Shown: positions 1 through 11,807 of the stretch, piece after piece
Position numbering within the stretch: the first letter of the stretch is position 1
How the letters are laid out: each line of letters opens with the position of its first letter
Assembly (NCBI GenBank): GCA_002269645.1
Contig: NIVC01000735.1
Span: 62,001-126,000, forward strand
Source of the DNA: Macrostomum lignano
Lineage: Eukaryota
Direction of reading: 5' to 3'
DNA length: 64,000 nucleotides
Notes under the pieces: model-generated
The model's database searches: none
What the model saw: only the letters and a program-made list of their open reading frames with translations
Told to the model about the DNA's origin: nothing
Made by a program: the position numbers and the translations under genes

Positions 1-40
1 TGATTGGCAGCTAGGGCCAGTGATCTCATGGAAGCTACTG

Positions 41-1140
41 GAACATCTAGGAAAGTTCTGCAACATCAGGCCAAGTTCTGCAACATCAGGCAAAGTTCTG
101 CAACATCAGGCAAAGTTCTGCAACATCAGGCAAAGTTCTGCAACATCAGGCAAGTTACTGGAACACCAGGGAAGCTACTGGAACACCAGGGAAGCTACTG
201 GCACACCAGGGAAGCTACTGGAACACCAGGGAAGCTACTGGAACACCAGGGAAGCTACTGGAACACCAGGGAAGCTACTGAAACACCAGGGAAGCTACTG
301 AAACACCAGGGAAGCTACTGGAACACCAGGGAAGCTACTGGAACACCAGGCAAGCTACTGGAACACCAGGGAAGCTACTGGAACACCAGGGAAGCTACTA
401 CTGGCACACCAGGGAAGCTACTGGAACACCAGGGAAGCTACTGGAACACCAGGGAAGCTACTGGAACACCAGGCAAGCTACTGGAACACCAGGGAAGCTA
501 CTGGAACACCAGGGAAGCTACTACTGGCACACCAGGGAAGCTACTGGAACACCAGGGAAGCTACTGGAACACCAGGGAAGCTACTGGAACACCAGGCAAG
601 CTACTGGAACACCAGGGAAGCTACTGGAACACCAGGGAAGCTACTGAAACACCAGGGAAGCTACTGGAACACCAGGGAAGCTACTGGAACACCAGGCAAG
701 CTACTGGAACACCAGGGAAGCTACTGGAACACCAGGCAAGCTACTGGAACACCAGGGAAGCTATTGGAACACCAGGGAAGCTACTGGAACACCAGGGAAG
801 CTACTGGAACACCAGGGAAGCTACTACTGGCACACCAGGGAAGCTACTGGAACACCAGGGAAGCTACAGGAACACCAGGGAAGCTACTGAAACACCAGGC
901 AAGCTACTGGAACACCAGGGAAGCTACTGGAACACCAGGGAAGCTACTGGAACACCAGGGAAGCTACTAGAACACCAGGGAAGCTACTACTGGAACACCA
1001 GGGAAGCTACTGGAACACCAGGGAAGCTACTACTGGAACACCAGGGAAGCTACTGGAACACCAGGGAAGCTACTACTGGAACACCAGGGAAGCTACTACT
1101 GGAACACCAGGGAAGCTACTGGAACACCAGGGAAGCTACT
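41..1140. repeat. 20-bp minisatellite (gaacaccagggaagctactg), preceded by a related unit caacatcaggcaaagttctg; lies in a TRPM intron
   Basis: Directly visible tandem units with occasional cta insertions; it accounts for ORFs 4..1377, 20..301 and 764..970. Confidence 0.95.
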
Positions 1141-1301
1141 GGAAGATCAGAGAAGCTACCGGAGCAGCAGAGAATATACTGCAACATCAGGGAGATTCTG
1201 AAGCATGAGGATGGATGCTGCAATTCGGTCCCTGAGTCAGAAAAGATTCTGTCAGCACCCATGAGCGCAGCGATCCCGGGGCATGGCTGCAAAAGTCTCA
1301 C

Positions 1302-3434
1302 CGGTTCCGCTTGCCGTCGTCCACCAGCAGGTAGTGCGTGTGGTTGGCGTTCAGCGACACCGGCTGGCCCTTGCTGATCACGTTGCTGATTTTGTATTCG
1401 ACGTCGAGGCTCAATTCGCCTGTCTTCGGGTCTCGTTTGTTGATGAGGTGGTCCCGGTTTAGTACGTAGCCCCAGGGCGCCACCCCGATGCACCTGGATG
1501 TTTGGGAAGGCGAGCGACTGCAGGCTCTGCTCATATTAGTGCTTTTCTTTCGTTACTATGCTCTTGTCACCCTTTCCTGGCACTCTTTGCCCATATGCTG
1601 TCCTCTCTTGGCATGCTTCTCTCTCCTCCTGTCAGTCTATCTCGGCACTCTCTATCCCCAGACATTCTATCTGGGCACTCTCTGTCCCCAGACATTCTAT
1701 CTTGGCACTCTCTATCCCCAGGAATTCTATCTTGGCACTCTCTATCCCCAGGAATTCTATTTGGGCACTCTCTGTCCCCAGACATTCTATCTTGGCACTC
1801 TCTATCCCCAGAAATTCTATCTGGGCACTCTCTATCCCAGGAATTCTATCTGGGCACTCTCTATCCCAAGGAATTCTATCTGGGCACTCTCTATTCCCAG
1901 GCATTCTATCTCGGCACTCTCTATCCTCAGGCATTCTATCTCGGCACTCTCTATCCTCAGGCATTCTATCTCGGCACTCTATCCGATCCGATTCCATTAC
2001 AGTACTTATATGCCTAACTGTGTATATCTCAAACGCGCTCACCTCAGCTTTGAGGACCTGCTGGACTTCTCCCAGTGGGAGGCGCGGCCCTCCTCCAGTG
2101 CGTTGCCGACCACGCGGGTGATGCCCAGATTCAGGCCGGAGGTGATGATCCAAGCGTTGGTGGTCTGGGCCGCCCTGATCAGGCCGTGATGGAAGACCTC
2201 CTTTTTTCGGCCCTCCAACTTGAAGTTCTTGGCTCCGCCGATCACGGAGATGCAGAGCGACGGCTTTTGGGGATCGGCCAGCTGCCAGTGGGTCTTCATC
2301 AACTCTGGGAGGTTCCAAAAATGGAGCACAGTTAGAACATCATGAAAGCATTATCGAGAAGCCACGAAAATGTTTCAACGACCATTCTCATTCTGCTTTA
2401 ACAAACGTCCTTTGTTTAGCTGGAACCCCAATGCTCCTCGGTCGCTAAGCTGGCTTCCTAACCCAGCACCTGAGATGTACACTCAGGCAGCTCACCCAGC
2501 ATTTTGTCCATGCTGTCCTCGTCGCAGACACGGGCAAAGTGGATCGGGTCCCGGTTGTCGAAGCCTTCATTCTTCAGCGTGATCCTGCCGTAGGCGTTGG
2601 TCACGCTGCGTCTCATGTGTGTTGCTTCGTTCCACTTCTCCTGCGAGCGATTGAGAGATTGGAGCAATACAAGAGGATGGCTTGCCATACTCCGTTAATC
2701 ACGAGTGCTCAGTGCGCTACCCTAAGTGCTCAGAGCGCTACCCTGAGTACTCGTGCGCTATCCTGAGTGCTCAGTGCTCTACTCTCTAACAATCTACTCC
2801 AAAGAGCTATATGGGAGTCAATATGATTTCAGTATGAGATATGGGATAATGGGATTTCAATATGGGATAAGGGATTTCATTATGCTCCAAATTCCTATGG
2901 AGGGCCCAAAAGCTGTTATAGAATAAAAGTTCTGGGAACTCAGGATGGTCGTAGCTACTGCTTAAAAGGGAAAATTCTCACCTCTGGACCAGCGGGCAAA
3001 AGGCCGTCGTGTTTTTCCCTCACTTCCCCGCAGGCGCATTTTTTGCCGTCCTTCGCCTCGAACAGGCAGCACTCCTTGCGCTGGAAATTTGCCAGAATGA
3101 ACTGCCGGAGGCTGCGCTGCTGCTCGACCAGCTGCTCCTGCAATTGGCGTCGGTGCGAAAATTCTGTCTCTACCGATCTCACCTGGTCAAACTGATTTCA
3201 GTTATTCAATTTATCTCTACTTGCCTCTCTCTTTCTTTGCGACCGCGCACGGCTGAACCGGGCCGTTCCGATCTCCTCGTTGGCTGCACCGTCCACCTCC
3301 TCGGAGCGGGCCGTGTCATAGGCCGGGTTTGTGTAGCTGTTGAGGCTGCTGCGCAGGTCAGATCTGCTGCGTCCTGCAGCACTCTGCCCGGGCGGCTGCA
3401 GACTCTCGGATGGCAACACGCCAACTCGAGACAT
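1302..3434 (-). CDS. TRPM: TRPM-family cation channel, N-terminal MHR/SLOG region; gene continues left of exon 1493-1302
   Basis: Exons 3434-3225, 3182-2982, 2640-2496, 2304-2043 and 1493-1302 have matching phases. Family motifs: FILANFQRKECCLF...CACG, TNAYGRI, PSLCISVIGGAKNF...GLIRAAQTTNAWIITSG, CIGVAPWG...LNANHTHYLLVDDG. Subfamily not assignable. Confidence 0.92.
1626..1985. repeat. About 30-bp minisatellite (attctatctgggcactctctatcccagg-like) in a TRPM intron
   Basis: Visible tandem units; source of the FYLGTLYPQ ORFs. Confidence 0.93.
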
Positions 3435-4257
3435 TGAGCAGTTTCTGTTACAATTTAAATAACAGCAATGGTTGCCTTTTAAAACAACTAGATTTAGGAG
3501 TTATTTTTTTCCGAAATCAACTCATTATTTATGCAGCTTTAATAATATAAAGAAGTAGCAAGACACAAAAACATCTTTTCTAACCAAACGAAGAAGCCTA
3601 CCTAAATCATCTCTGCCAAATTTATAGCTGATGATTTTGATAACTTCGTTAAACTGACCATCAGTATACACATAAATACGACAAAGGCATGTCCTATTAG
3701 GCCATCAAGCTATTTAAAATAAAGAAAGCGTATAAAAATTGTAGCATTTTTAGTAGATTTTCCAGGTGCGAACAACTAATATCCGTCTAGCTAGAGAGAT
3801 TGAATTTTTAATGCGAATTCTCAGCATATCAAAACAATTCTGATCCTTAGGAAAAATACTTTAAACTTACCAATTAATCGCTTTAATTTATAATTTACTG
3901 ATAATAAAATGGAGCATGTTTACATCAAAGGAAAATATTTTTATACAACTTCTTGTTACGGATCTACTGGGGTGAAACTCGATAATTAAATATGCTAATG
4001 CAAAGAATTTGAAAGAGACATGTGTTCATCAGTGAAAAATAATATTAAAATATTTGCAAATAAAAAGTAAACAAAGTACTATTTTAGCTCTTTTATATTT
4101 ATTCCATATATATTGTGATCTTTAATTTATTAAATAAAATATTCGTAAGTTGTTTTTGTTATAGCTTACTTAAAAGTATTTAAAATTTAAACTGATTTTA
4201 ACCGTCTACATTTTAATAATTTAATAATAATATTAATTTTAATAATACCTTAATAAT

Positions 4258-4990
4258 TTTACAAATATCGTAACTCGCATCGTAACTCGTGTAAAAATTT
4301 AACCTTTTGAACAAATTTAACCTTTTGAACTTAATCGTAATTAAACAACTAATGCTAAAATAACTTAAATACACAGAAATATACTGGCCAAACAGGCTTC
4401 TTGCCTGAGCCAACTTACTACTACTACTACTACTATTTATACAAATATCGATTTATAGTCTACTTAATACAAATATCGTGTAGTAATCGTTTTCAGCGAT
4501 CGTGTAAAATTTAACCTTTTGAATAAATACTAAATAAATCGAATCATACTGGCATAACAGGCTCCTTAAGCCTGAGCCAAATTTACTACTACTTTTTACT
4601 TTTGATTTAATTATTTTTAATTTATTATATATTTAAATTATTTAAAATATTATTTAAATAATTATTTAAATTATTTTATTTAACTAACTATATTTAATTA
4701 GTCGGGTTGTATGTAAGTTGTTAAGTCGTTTGAAAAAAACCGTAAAAATAAATCCAGACAATCTTTCAAATACCTTACTTAAGGAAGTTAAGCTACCTGG
4801 TGTGCCAGTAGTAGCTTCCCTGGTGTGCCAGTAGTAGCTTCCCTGGTGTGCCAGTAGTCGCTTACTCATGTAAAAGTAATCAACCTTTTGAGAAAATATT
4901 AAATACATAGAATCATATTGGCAAAACAGGCTCCTCCCCTGGGCCAAATTACCCTATTGCCCTATAATATATTGGCCAAACAGGCTACTT
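4258..4990. repeat. Degenerate AT-rich repeat, 3-4 copies of a block ending in ggc(c/a)aaacaggct...ctgagccaa
   Basis: Shared motifs tcgtgtaaaa(a)tttaaccttttgaa and atactggcNaaacaggctNNNNNcctgagccaa near 4290-4415, 4500-4580, 4870-4945 and, partially, 4970-4995. Confidence 0.7.
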
Positions 4991-5320
4991 GCCAGTTGCC
5001 ATTAGAAAACAGGTTCTGGTGCCAGAATTCTAGCCATTACCATTTGAAATACTAATAGTTTATAGATTAATTTCTTGGAATCAAATATATGTCATTATCA
5101 TATGCCTAACACCCAGCTGACTTAGCTAATTCAGCCAGGTAGCAAAAGGTCTAGCTACTATACTCCCAAAGATGCTATTTTGTGGGGAAAATTCTTGCAT
5201 GCAACTAGGTCCCAGGCAGTCTAGTACCACATGCACTGTGTTTAGCAAGGAGTCACAAAAAGTTTTTTGGTATGCTTTGTGCAAACAGTGCCATGTTTAA
5301 ATTAAAGTTATATTCTTGGG

Positions 5321-5581
5321 AGGCAATGACTAGAGTTCCGGCATTAAAACCCGTTTTCTAACGGCTAGGGATCTGGCAGTGCCATATAGAAGCATATAAA
5401 GACTGCTAAGAACATATCTTAAGAAGTCTGAATATTAGAAGCATCTCGTCCCAAATCTTACCATATTGTCTTAAATTTTAATCTAAAACAAAATATAATG
5501 TTCCATCTATATTATAATGGCACTGCCGGATCCATAGCCGTTAGAAAATGGGTTCTGGTGCCGGAACTTTAGCCATTGCCT
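5321..5581. mobile_element. MITE-like element with about 65-bp inverted repeats
   Basis: 5321-5385 is the reverse complement of 5516-5581 with about 9 mismatches; a third partial copy lies at about 5001-5041. Confidence 0.7.
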
Positions 5582-5599
5582 TCTTGGGACTATGGTCTG

Positions 5600-7250
5600 G
5601 TCTGGTTAAGGTAAGTTATAAAAATGCCAACCCCAAAAAATTAATAAAAAACGGAAGGAAAAAAGACAAGAGAAGATAGAAAACAAAAGGCAGAGAAAAA
5701 ACCAAAAGAAATGAAAAGAAAAGAAAAAAATAGAGACCCCATTAAAACCAGAATAGAGGCAACTAAGTCATCTAGTATAGTTTAAACCTTGGTTATAATA
5801 GAGACCAAAGGCAATTAAGTTGCAACTAAAGGCAACTAAGTAGCAATTTTTAGAAAAGCTAATTCATATTGGCCAAGTAAAACTTCAAAGTTAGATATAT
5901 AATAGAGTCTAAATAATTTAATGAACAAAACTTGACAATTGCCTAAATTATATGCCAAACAAAGCTAGCTTTCTTTCTTTGTTGCAGAAATACTTAAAGC
6001 CTTAGTTAATGATATTTACCAATTATTTTTTAGACTATTTATTTGTATAATAATGGTTAGAATTGCATTTATCTTATTTTTTGCCTTTATTATTCAAACT
6101 ATGTAATATATATACTGGTAATTATAGAAAATCTCTAGTCTATTCCCTAGGCAGTAGGCCTTTTGTGTTAAAAGTGAAGGCATTTATCCTAGGCCATCTT
6201 AGCCCCTATTAACAAAACTACATAATGCCTATACCAGTCTCAAAGATATTAGATGCACACTAGAACAAAGTGGCTTTGAGAAAACTATATGCTTAAATAT
6301 ACATTTTTTGCCAAAGAGTTGCAAAAGTAAACTATGTTATTTAATATTTAACTTATTTACTAATTTAGGCCTATTTTTTAAATGCAACTATAGATTAATT
6401 TTTTGCAAGTGTTTTTTGACATTATATGAATAACTTTTAACTAACAAGAAACAATCTGTAAACATTATAATTATACTAATATATACTAAATTATCACTCA
6501 ATTATTGCATTCAAAATTCTAACATTGATAGATGCATTATAATAATCAATATATCAATATATGCCAAGCCCTACTTGTAAATCTATTATGTATACTAAGA
6601 ATTCTAGTATATAGCCATAGGCCATCTTTGAGACTATAAGGGTTGTTAAGTCCCTGACCCCAAAGACCTAAGAGCTCCCTCACAAAAGCTTTAAAACTAG
6701 CAATATTTATTTATTTTATGGCTAATCTTAGGTTTATCTATTTATAATAAACAACTAAAATTGTATATATTGCTTGACTTCTCTTCTGGCTATAGTAGCT
6801 ACAGAGTAAATCTAATTGATGATACTAATTAGACTTTTTGAACCTTAACAATATCTGACAACCACAAAATCATGTTATATAACGTATTTTAAATTTTGAC
6901 ATACAGATAGATATATTAGGTATTACCTCCTTAACTTTGCTATTTATATTAACAAAGGCAATTTCATCTATAAAAATAACCTTAGTAGAGGAACTATTGG
7001 ACTATATAAGCATAGTTGTTTAGAAGGTTAGTAATTTAATTTTTTTAGCTAAAATATTCTAGTTATTTCATTCTTGCAATAGAACAATAACACAAGCTTA
7101 GCTTAACACAAGTGTATATTTACCTTAAACTAATTACTTCATTGCTTTCTACTTTCATTGCTGCTTCCAATGATGCAATTAACTTTCGTTCTACTGAATG
7201 AAAACATGAAGAAACAATTTTCAACTGAAATTTGCTGGTCTTTTGTGCAA
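5600..7250. mobile_element. Heavily decayed, CpG-free AT-rich segment; probable ancient transposon of unidentifiable family
   Basis: One CpG (about 6883) found by eye between 5653 and 7186; abundant TA/CTAG; no open frame. TE origin is inference. Confidence 0.4.
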
Positions 7251-7343
7251 TCTAATATTATAATGCCTACTTAATAAAACTGTCAAGCTGTAGAAATGTC
7301 TCACTGCACTGCATGTAACTTGCAGCCCTGCTCTCATCCTGCC

Positions 7344-8870
7344 ATGAATGACTTTGCCTCTGACAACTTGGAGGGAAGCAGAAACTACCAGAGCTTCCAG
7401 GCTGACGGCTTGCCCAGGCCGTATCCGCCAATCTGCCAGACGCAGCCGCAATTCGGCCAGCCAAATTCTGACAGAGTTGAATCCGGGTTTCAGCCTCACA
7501 ACCTGGCCTGGATTCCCAATGCCCCATCTGGCGGCTTCTCGCAGAATCCTGCGAGCTTTGGCTCAGCGGCCGCTGGCGCCAGCGCTAATTCTCGCGGCCG
7601 AGGCAGAGGCGCTGGTCGAGGCGCCAGTCGTGGCGCCACTCGAGGCGCCAGCCGTAGCGCCACTCGAGGTGGCTTCCAGCGTGAAAATTCTAATAAGCCT
7701 CCGCAGCAGCAGCAGCAGTTCCAACAACGCCAACAGCAGTTTCAGCAGCCTGAGCTGCAGTTTCAGCAGCCTCAACAGCAGTTTCAGCAGCCTGAGCTGC
7801 AGTTTCAGCAGCCTCAGCTGCAGTTTCAGCAGCCTCAGCTGCAGTTTCAGCAACCTCAAAAGCAGTTTCAGCAACCTCAGCTGCAGTTTCAGCAACCTCA
7901 GCTGCAGTTTCAGCAACCTCGGCTGCAGTTTCAGCAACCTCAACAGCCCCAACAGCAGTTTCAGCCACAGAAGCAGAAAAAGCAATTTCAACACTCAAAG
8001 CAGCGCCAATTCCCGCAGCCACAGCATCAGAATCTGCGGCCGCAGAATTCTCAGAATTCGTTCGGGTCCAGTCGGCCCTGGCAAGTCCAGAGGGGCGGCA
8101 GCAATGGCGCCAGCAAGCGACCTTGGCCGTCATCCTCGGGCTCCAAGGCTTCGAAAATTGCGCGCGTTAATCCGGCAAAAGCGGCCTCGCCCGCCGTCAG
8201 TCGGCGCGACTTCGTGCTGCCCGACGATGCGCCGCACAATTTCAAGCAGCTGGTTGAGAACCAGTGGTGCAGCCTGTGCCTGGCCGGCGTCAATTCCATC
8301 GTCACGGCCGAGGTTCACTACAATGGCAAGACGCACCAGAGGCAGCTGCGCGAGAACGGCCTGCCGGCGGGCGAGTACTACTCAGGCGTGCTCAACACGG
8401 GCAACTCGCAGACGCCCGAGCTGCCAGAGGGCTTGGACACGCAGTACTGCAAACTGTGCGACGTCACCTTCACCAACACGGTGCAGATGTTCCAGCACTA
8501 CTCGGGCAGGAAGCATCGCTCCAACGCTCAGGATCGGACCCTTGTAGAGAAGAAGCAGAGCGCCGAGACCAAAATTTTTCGCTGCGACGTGTGCGGAATC
8601 TTCACGAACACGCAGGACTCGCTGGACTGCCACCTGGGCGGCATGAAGCACAAGGCTATGCTGGAGGCGCGCAACCAGCCCAAGAAAGATGAGGGGGTCG
8701 GCCAATTAGCTGATGAGAAGGGCTCGGCAGCCCAGAAACCGGCGGAGATGTCAACTCACATGGAGTCTAGCGAGCACAAGGACCAGCTGTCAGCCAACAA
8801 GGCCGCCATGGTTGCATCGGACTCGCCTGCGTCCGGCTCTGCCAGCGTGTCCAGCGGCAAGAAGTTCTGA
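7344..8870 (+). CDS. Intronless protein with an RG-rich segment, (QQPQLQF)n repeat and three matrin/U1-type C2H2 zinc fingers (ZNF385/ZMAT/ZNF346-like dsRNA-binding family)
   Basis: Fingers CSLC...HYNGKTH, CKLC...HYSGRKH and CDVC...HLGGMKH. ATG 7344 (gccATG) follows a ttgcag acceptor-like site; the upstream in-frame ATG at 7296 is an alternative start. Confidence 0.88.
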   Translation: MNDFASDNLEGSRNYQSFQADGLPRPYPPICQTQPQFGQPNSDRVESGFQPHNLAWIPNAPSGGFSQNPASFGSAAAGASANSRGRGRGAGRGASRGATRGASRSATRGGFQRENSNKPPQQQQQFQQRQQQFQQPELQFQQPQQQFQQPELQFQQPQLQFQQPQLQFQQPQKQFQQPQLQFQQPQLQFQQPRLQFQQPQQPQQQFQPQKQKKQFQHSKQRQFPQPQHQNLRPQNSQNSFGSSRPWQVQRGGSNGASKRPWPSSSGSKASKIARVNPAKAASPAVSRRDFVLPDDAPHNFKQLVENQWCSLCLAGVNSIVTAEVHYNGKTHQRQLRENGLPAGEYYSGVLNTGNSQTPELPEGLDTQYCKLCDVTFTNTVQMFQHYSGRKHRSNAQDRTLVEKKQSAETKIFRCDVCGIFTNTQDSLDCHLGGMKHKAMLEARNQPKKDEGVGQLADEKGSAAQKPAEMSTHMESSEHKDQLSANKAAMVASDSPASGSASVSSGKKF

Positions 8871-10057
8871 ACTTGAGCTGCTCTGTGTTGTCAGATCCGC
8901 TATCAGCATTTCTTTATTGAGTAACCGCTGTAGCGGTTGCCGTGTGTAACCCTATATTCAATACGAGAGGTGCTACATGAATTTTGGGACTGTGAACGAC
9001 AGGAGTGTCCAGTGAGCCACAACTCCTCGCACATCTGGTCTGTTGAATAGTACAACTGCAGAAACAGCCGAAGTGCTGAGCAAAACTTATTGAGTTTTAA
9101 AGATAAGGAAGATGATGAATGCAGTGTAGGCGAGGCACAGTTGCACTTTAAAGCTGCTTTGCGAACAGAGCAGGTGTGCGAGGAGTTGTGACTAAAATTA
9201 CAGCTCATCTGGAGTCTGGGCATTACTGTCGCTTTGAGTAAAGACAGTCCGAAAACTTCTGCAATACCTCTTGTATTTTGTCACCCCGCCCGGTTCATAG
9301 CGCTGAACTGTCAGAACAAAACACTGTGCATTCAGTATTCGCACTTCTGGCTTTACGGTAATTATCATTAAAATTTGATCTGCAATAAATGCTAAGTTGT
9401 TATTAAAGCATAATTAGTACTTTTTGAGTACTATTGATGGTAAACGTCCTGTTACCGCTGATATCGATGACAAACACAATTGTTGAAAGAAATCTTTTGT
9501 TCATCTGCTCAGGCTGCAGATTTCGTGCAATGAATGGCAACTTCACACTAATGCTTTCATAGTTCGACTATTTATTAAATACCTGTGGCTGGTTCATTGG
9601 AAATCATGCAATCAAGGTGTGCAGTTCGAATTGTCCAGCAATTGTTCGGTGTAGGCGACATCGTGCAGACAGATGCCACTGAGCCTGGGGGGGGGGGGGC
9701 AGTGGGAAATCCACTTCGTATGTCCTTAATGCGCAAACTTCCTATTGCTTACAATAATACGAGCAAAGTGCACACGGTAAAACAGTCTTCGGAGAACAGG
9801 CAGGATTAAGAATGCAAACGATCGAGTTGGGAATAAACAGGGGTCGCGAGGAGTAAAATTCCTAAGGCCAACTAAACATCTGCGCAGCGGCTTGCATGAA
9901 AACTCGATGAATAAAAATTTAAGGGATGGCCAGCAAAAGTAAACATTTCAATTGGAATTTGAACGTATGCGACAAGTAATGCAATGTAGAAAGCAAAACT
10001 ATGTACTATTATATACTCTTATTTATACATATTTGCGCTTATTGTGGTTTCATATAA

Positions 10058-11807
10058 TCATAGATTGTCCAGGGAGAAGGAGGGCGATACACTGGCTGCG
10101 GTCTGCGGCGGCTGCTGCTGGTCGGGGGTGGCGCCTGCGCCCTCTTGCAGGCGGGCACGCACGGTGTGCATGACAAGTTGCAGGCTCTCCTGGTCCAGCA
10201 GCCGGATGAGGCGCAGCACGGCTGTACGAACTTCCGTCATGGCGTAGCGAGGCAGCGGCGCGACAACACCTGCAGCCGCCGCTGTACTCGGGCGGCTGGC
10301 TGGCGACATCGAATTCGCTGCCGCCGACGATTCAGAAATTACGACAGGTGTGTCGGCGCTGGTCGTCGGCGCTGGTGTTGGTTTTGACGGCTCTGCAGAC
10401 GAAGCTTCGGCGTCCCCGGTCCCAGCGGCACTCTCAGCAGCCTTGCTTCGCAAGGCCGGTTCCTCTGGAGGCGACACGGCGGCCTCGTTCAGCTTCACGT
10501 CCTCGGCTGGCCGCATTTGCTCAGCAAGGTTCAGAAGCAGAGGAGGCTCGCTGGCTACCGCCGGCTCAACTGCAGTCGGCCGCGCTGGCGGCTGCTCGAA
10601 CAGCAGGCCGTCGGATTCGCTGCGTGCCCGCTCCTCTGGGCTGATTTCTGTGAGGGAAAAACCGCAGCGAAATTTATAAATAGCTCTCCATAAAGACTGG
10701 CGGTCATTGTGTGTCCATTGTGAATGCATATTCACTTACCCATGTCATCGAGTTTTAGTAGTTGCTCAAGATTCCTTACAATAGTGCAGCGGTACTTCGG
10801 ATTCTTGGTGCATGGATTGCCAGCTAGCCAAAGAACTTGAAGATTTGGTAGATCTTTTAGATAGAATATTTCTTGCAATTCTTCAATGCAGTTGCTTCTC
10901 AAAAATAGCTCCCTGAGGTTGGGGCACTGGCCAAATGGCTCAAGACTCGAAATCTTATTAGCACTAAAAGAAAAAACAATTTTTGATGATGCTATGTACA
11001 GAAAATATGAATCAATCAAGTCATTTAAAATTATATTGACTCACTTCATAGATGCAACCTCAAGTTCAGGTATTTCTGTAACAATACTGCAGTCTGTGAT
11101 CTTCTGTCCCCTAAAATAGCAAAACAGGTAGGTTAAAAGCATGTTTTCAAACAAAATCTGCTATAGTTAAACCATTCTGGTTTTCCATTAAAGAATAACC
11201 CAGAAAAATCAGCTTTCGATTAAATTTCTGATTAATTTTCACTTTTTAATATTAAATTAAAATATACTCAGGAACATTGAAAAGTCGCCAACCTTTGCCC
11301 CAGTGAGCAGTGTCTTTGATCAGCGTCTACACATCACCTAACTATTTTGATATTTAAAAAATGCTTGAAAAAAATTAAAACCAGGCGAAAGCTTCAATCC
11401 GTCCAATCTTCGCCCTCCACTCCTCCCGATCCCTCCACACCTAGCCCAATTCGCGTGGCGCAAGTTGTGTCACTCAAAAGTCAATACTGAGCTAGAATTT
11501 GCTGCGCACTCTCAAAGGTGGCGACTTGTTAATGTTGTTGAGTATACATTCACAAATGGAAGAGAAATTTCCCCACCAAAGCTATGTGTTTCTATAAAAG
11601 ATCAAAGAAACAAAAAATAACATACCATACAACGATCTTTTTAATTTCAATGAGACTCCCTCCTTTAGACTTCGACAACACAAGATCTTTAGTCAGCTTC
11701 TTTCCAACAGGGAGCTGTTCACTTTTAATTGGTGGAGTAAAGCTCGGAGACGAATTTGGTGCAGTACCTCCTGGGCTTGAACTGTTTGATGCTCCGCTTG
11801 ATTCCAT
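10058..11807 (-). CDS. CFAP410: Cilia- and flagella-associated LRR protein 410 (C21orf2 homolog)
   Basis: Exons 11807-11626, 11110-11045, 10963-10740 and 10647-10058 are phase-consistent. Reads KLTKDLVLSKSK...IKKIVVWGQKITDCSI...NANKISSLEPFGQCPNLRELFLRSN...LQVLWLAGNPC, with the C-terminal helix VRTAVLRLIRLLDQESLQLVMHTVRARL typical of the family. Confidence 0.9.

Noticed and set aside
7348-8547. Overlapping 399-aa Ser-rich ORF and antisense Leu-rich ORFs
   Set aside because: Shadow frames of the CAG-rich zinc-finger CDS.
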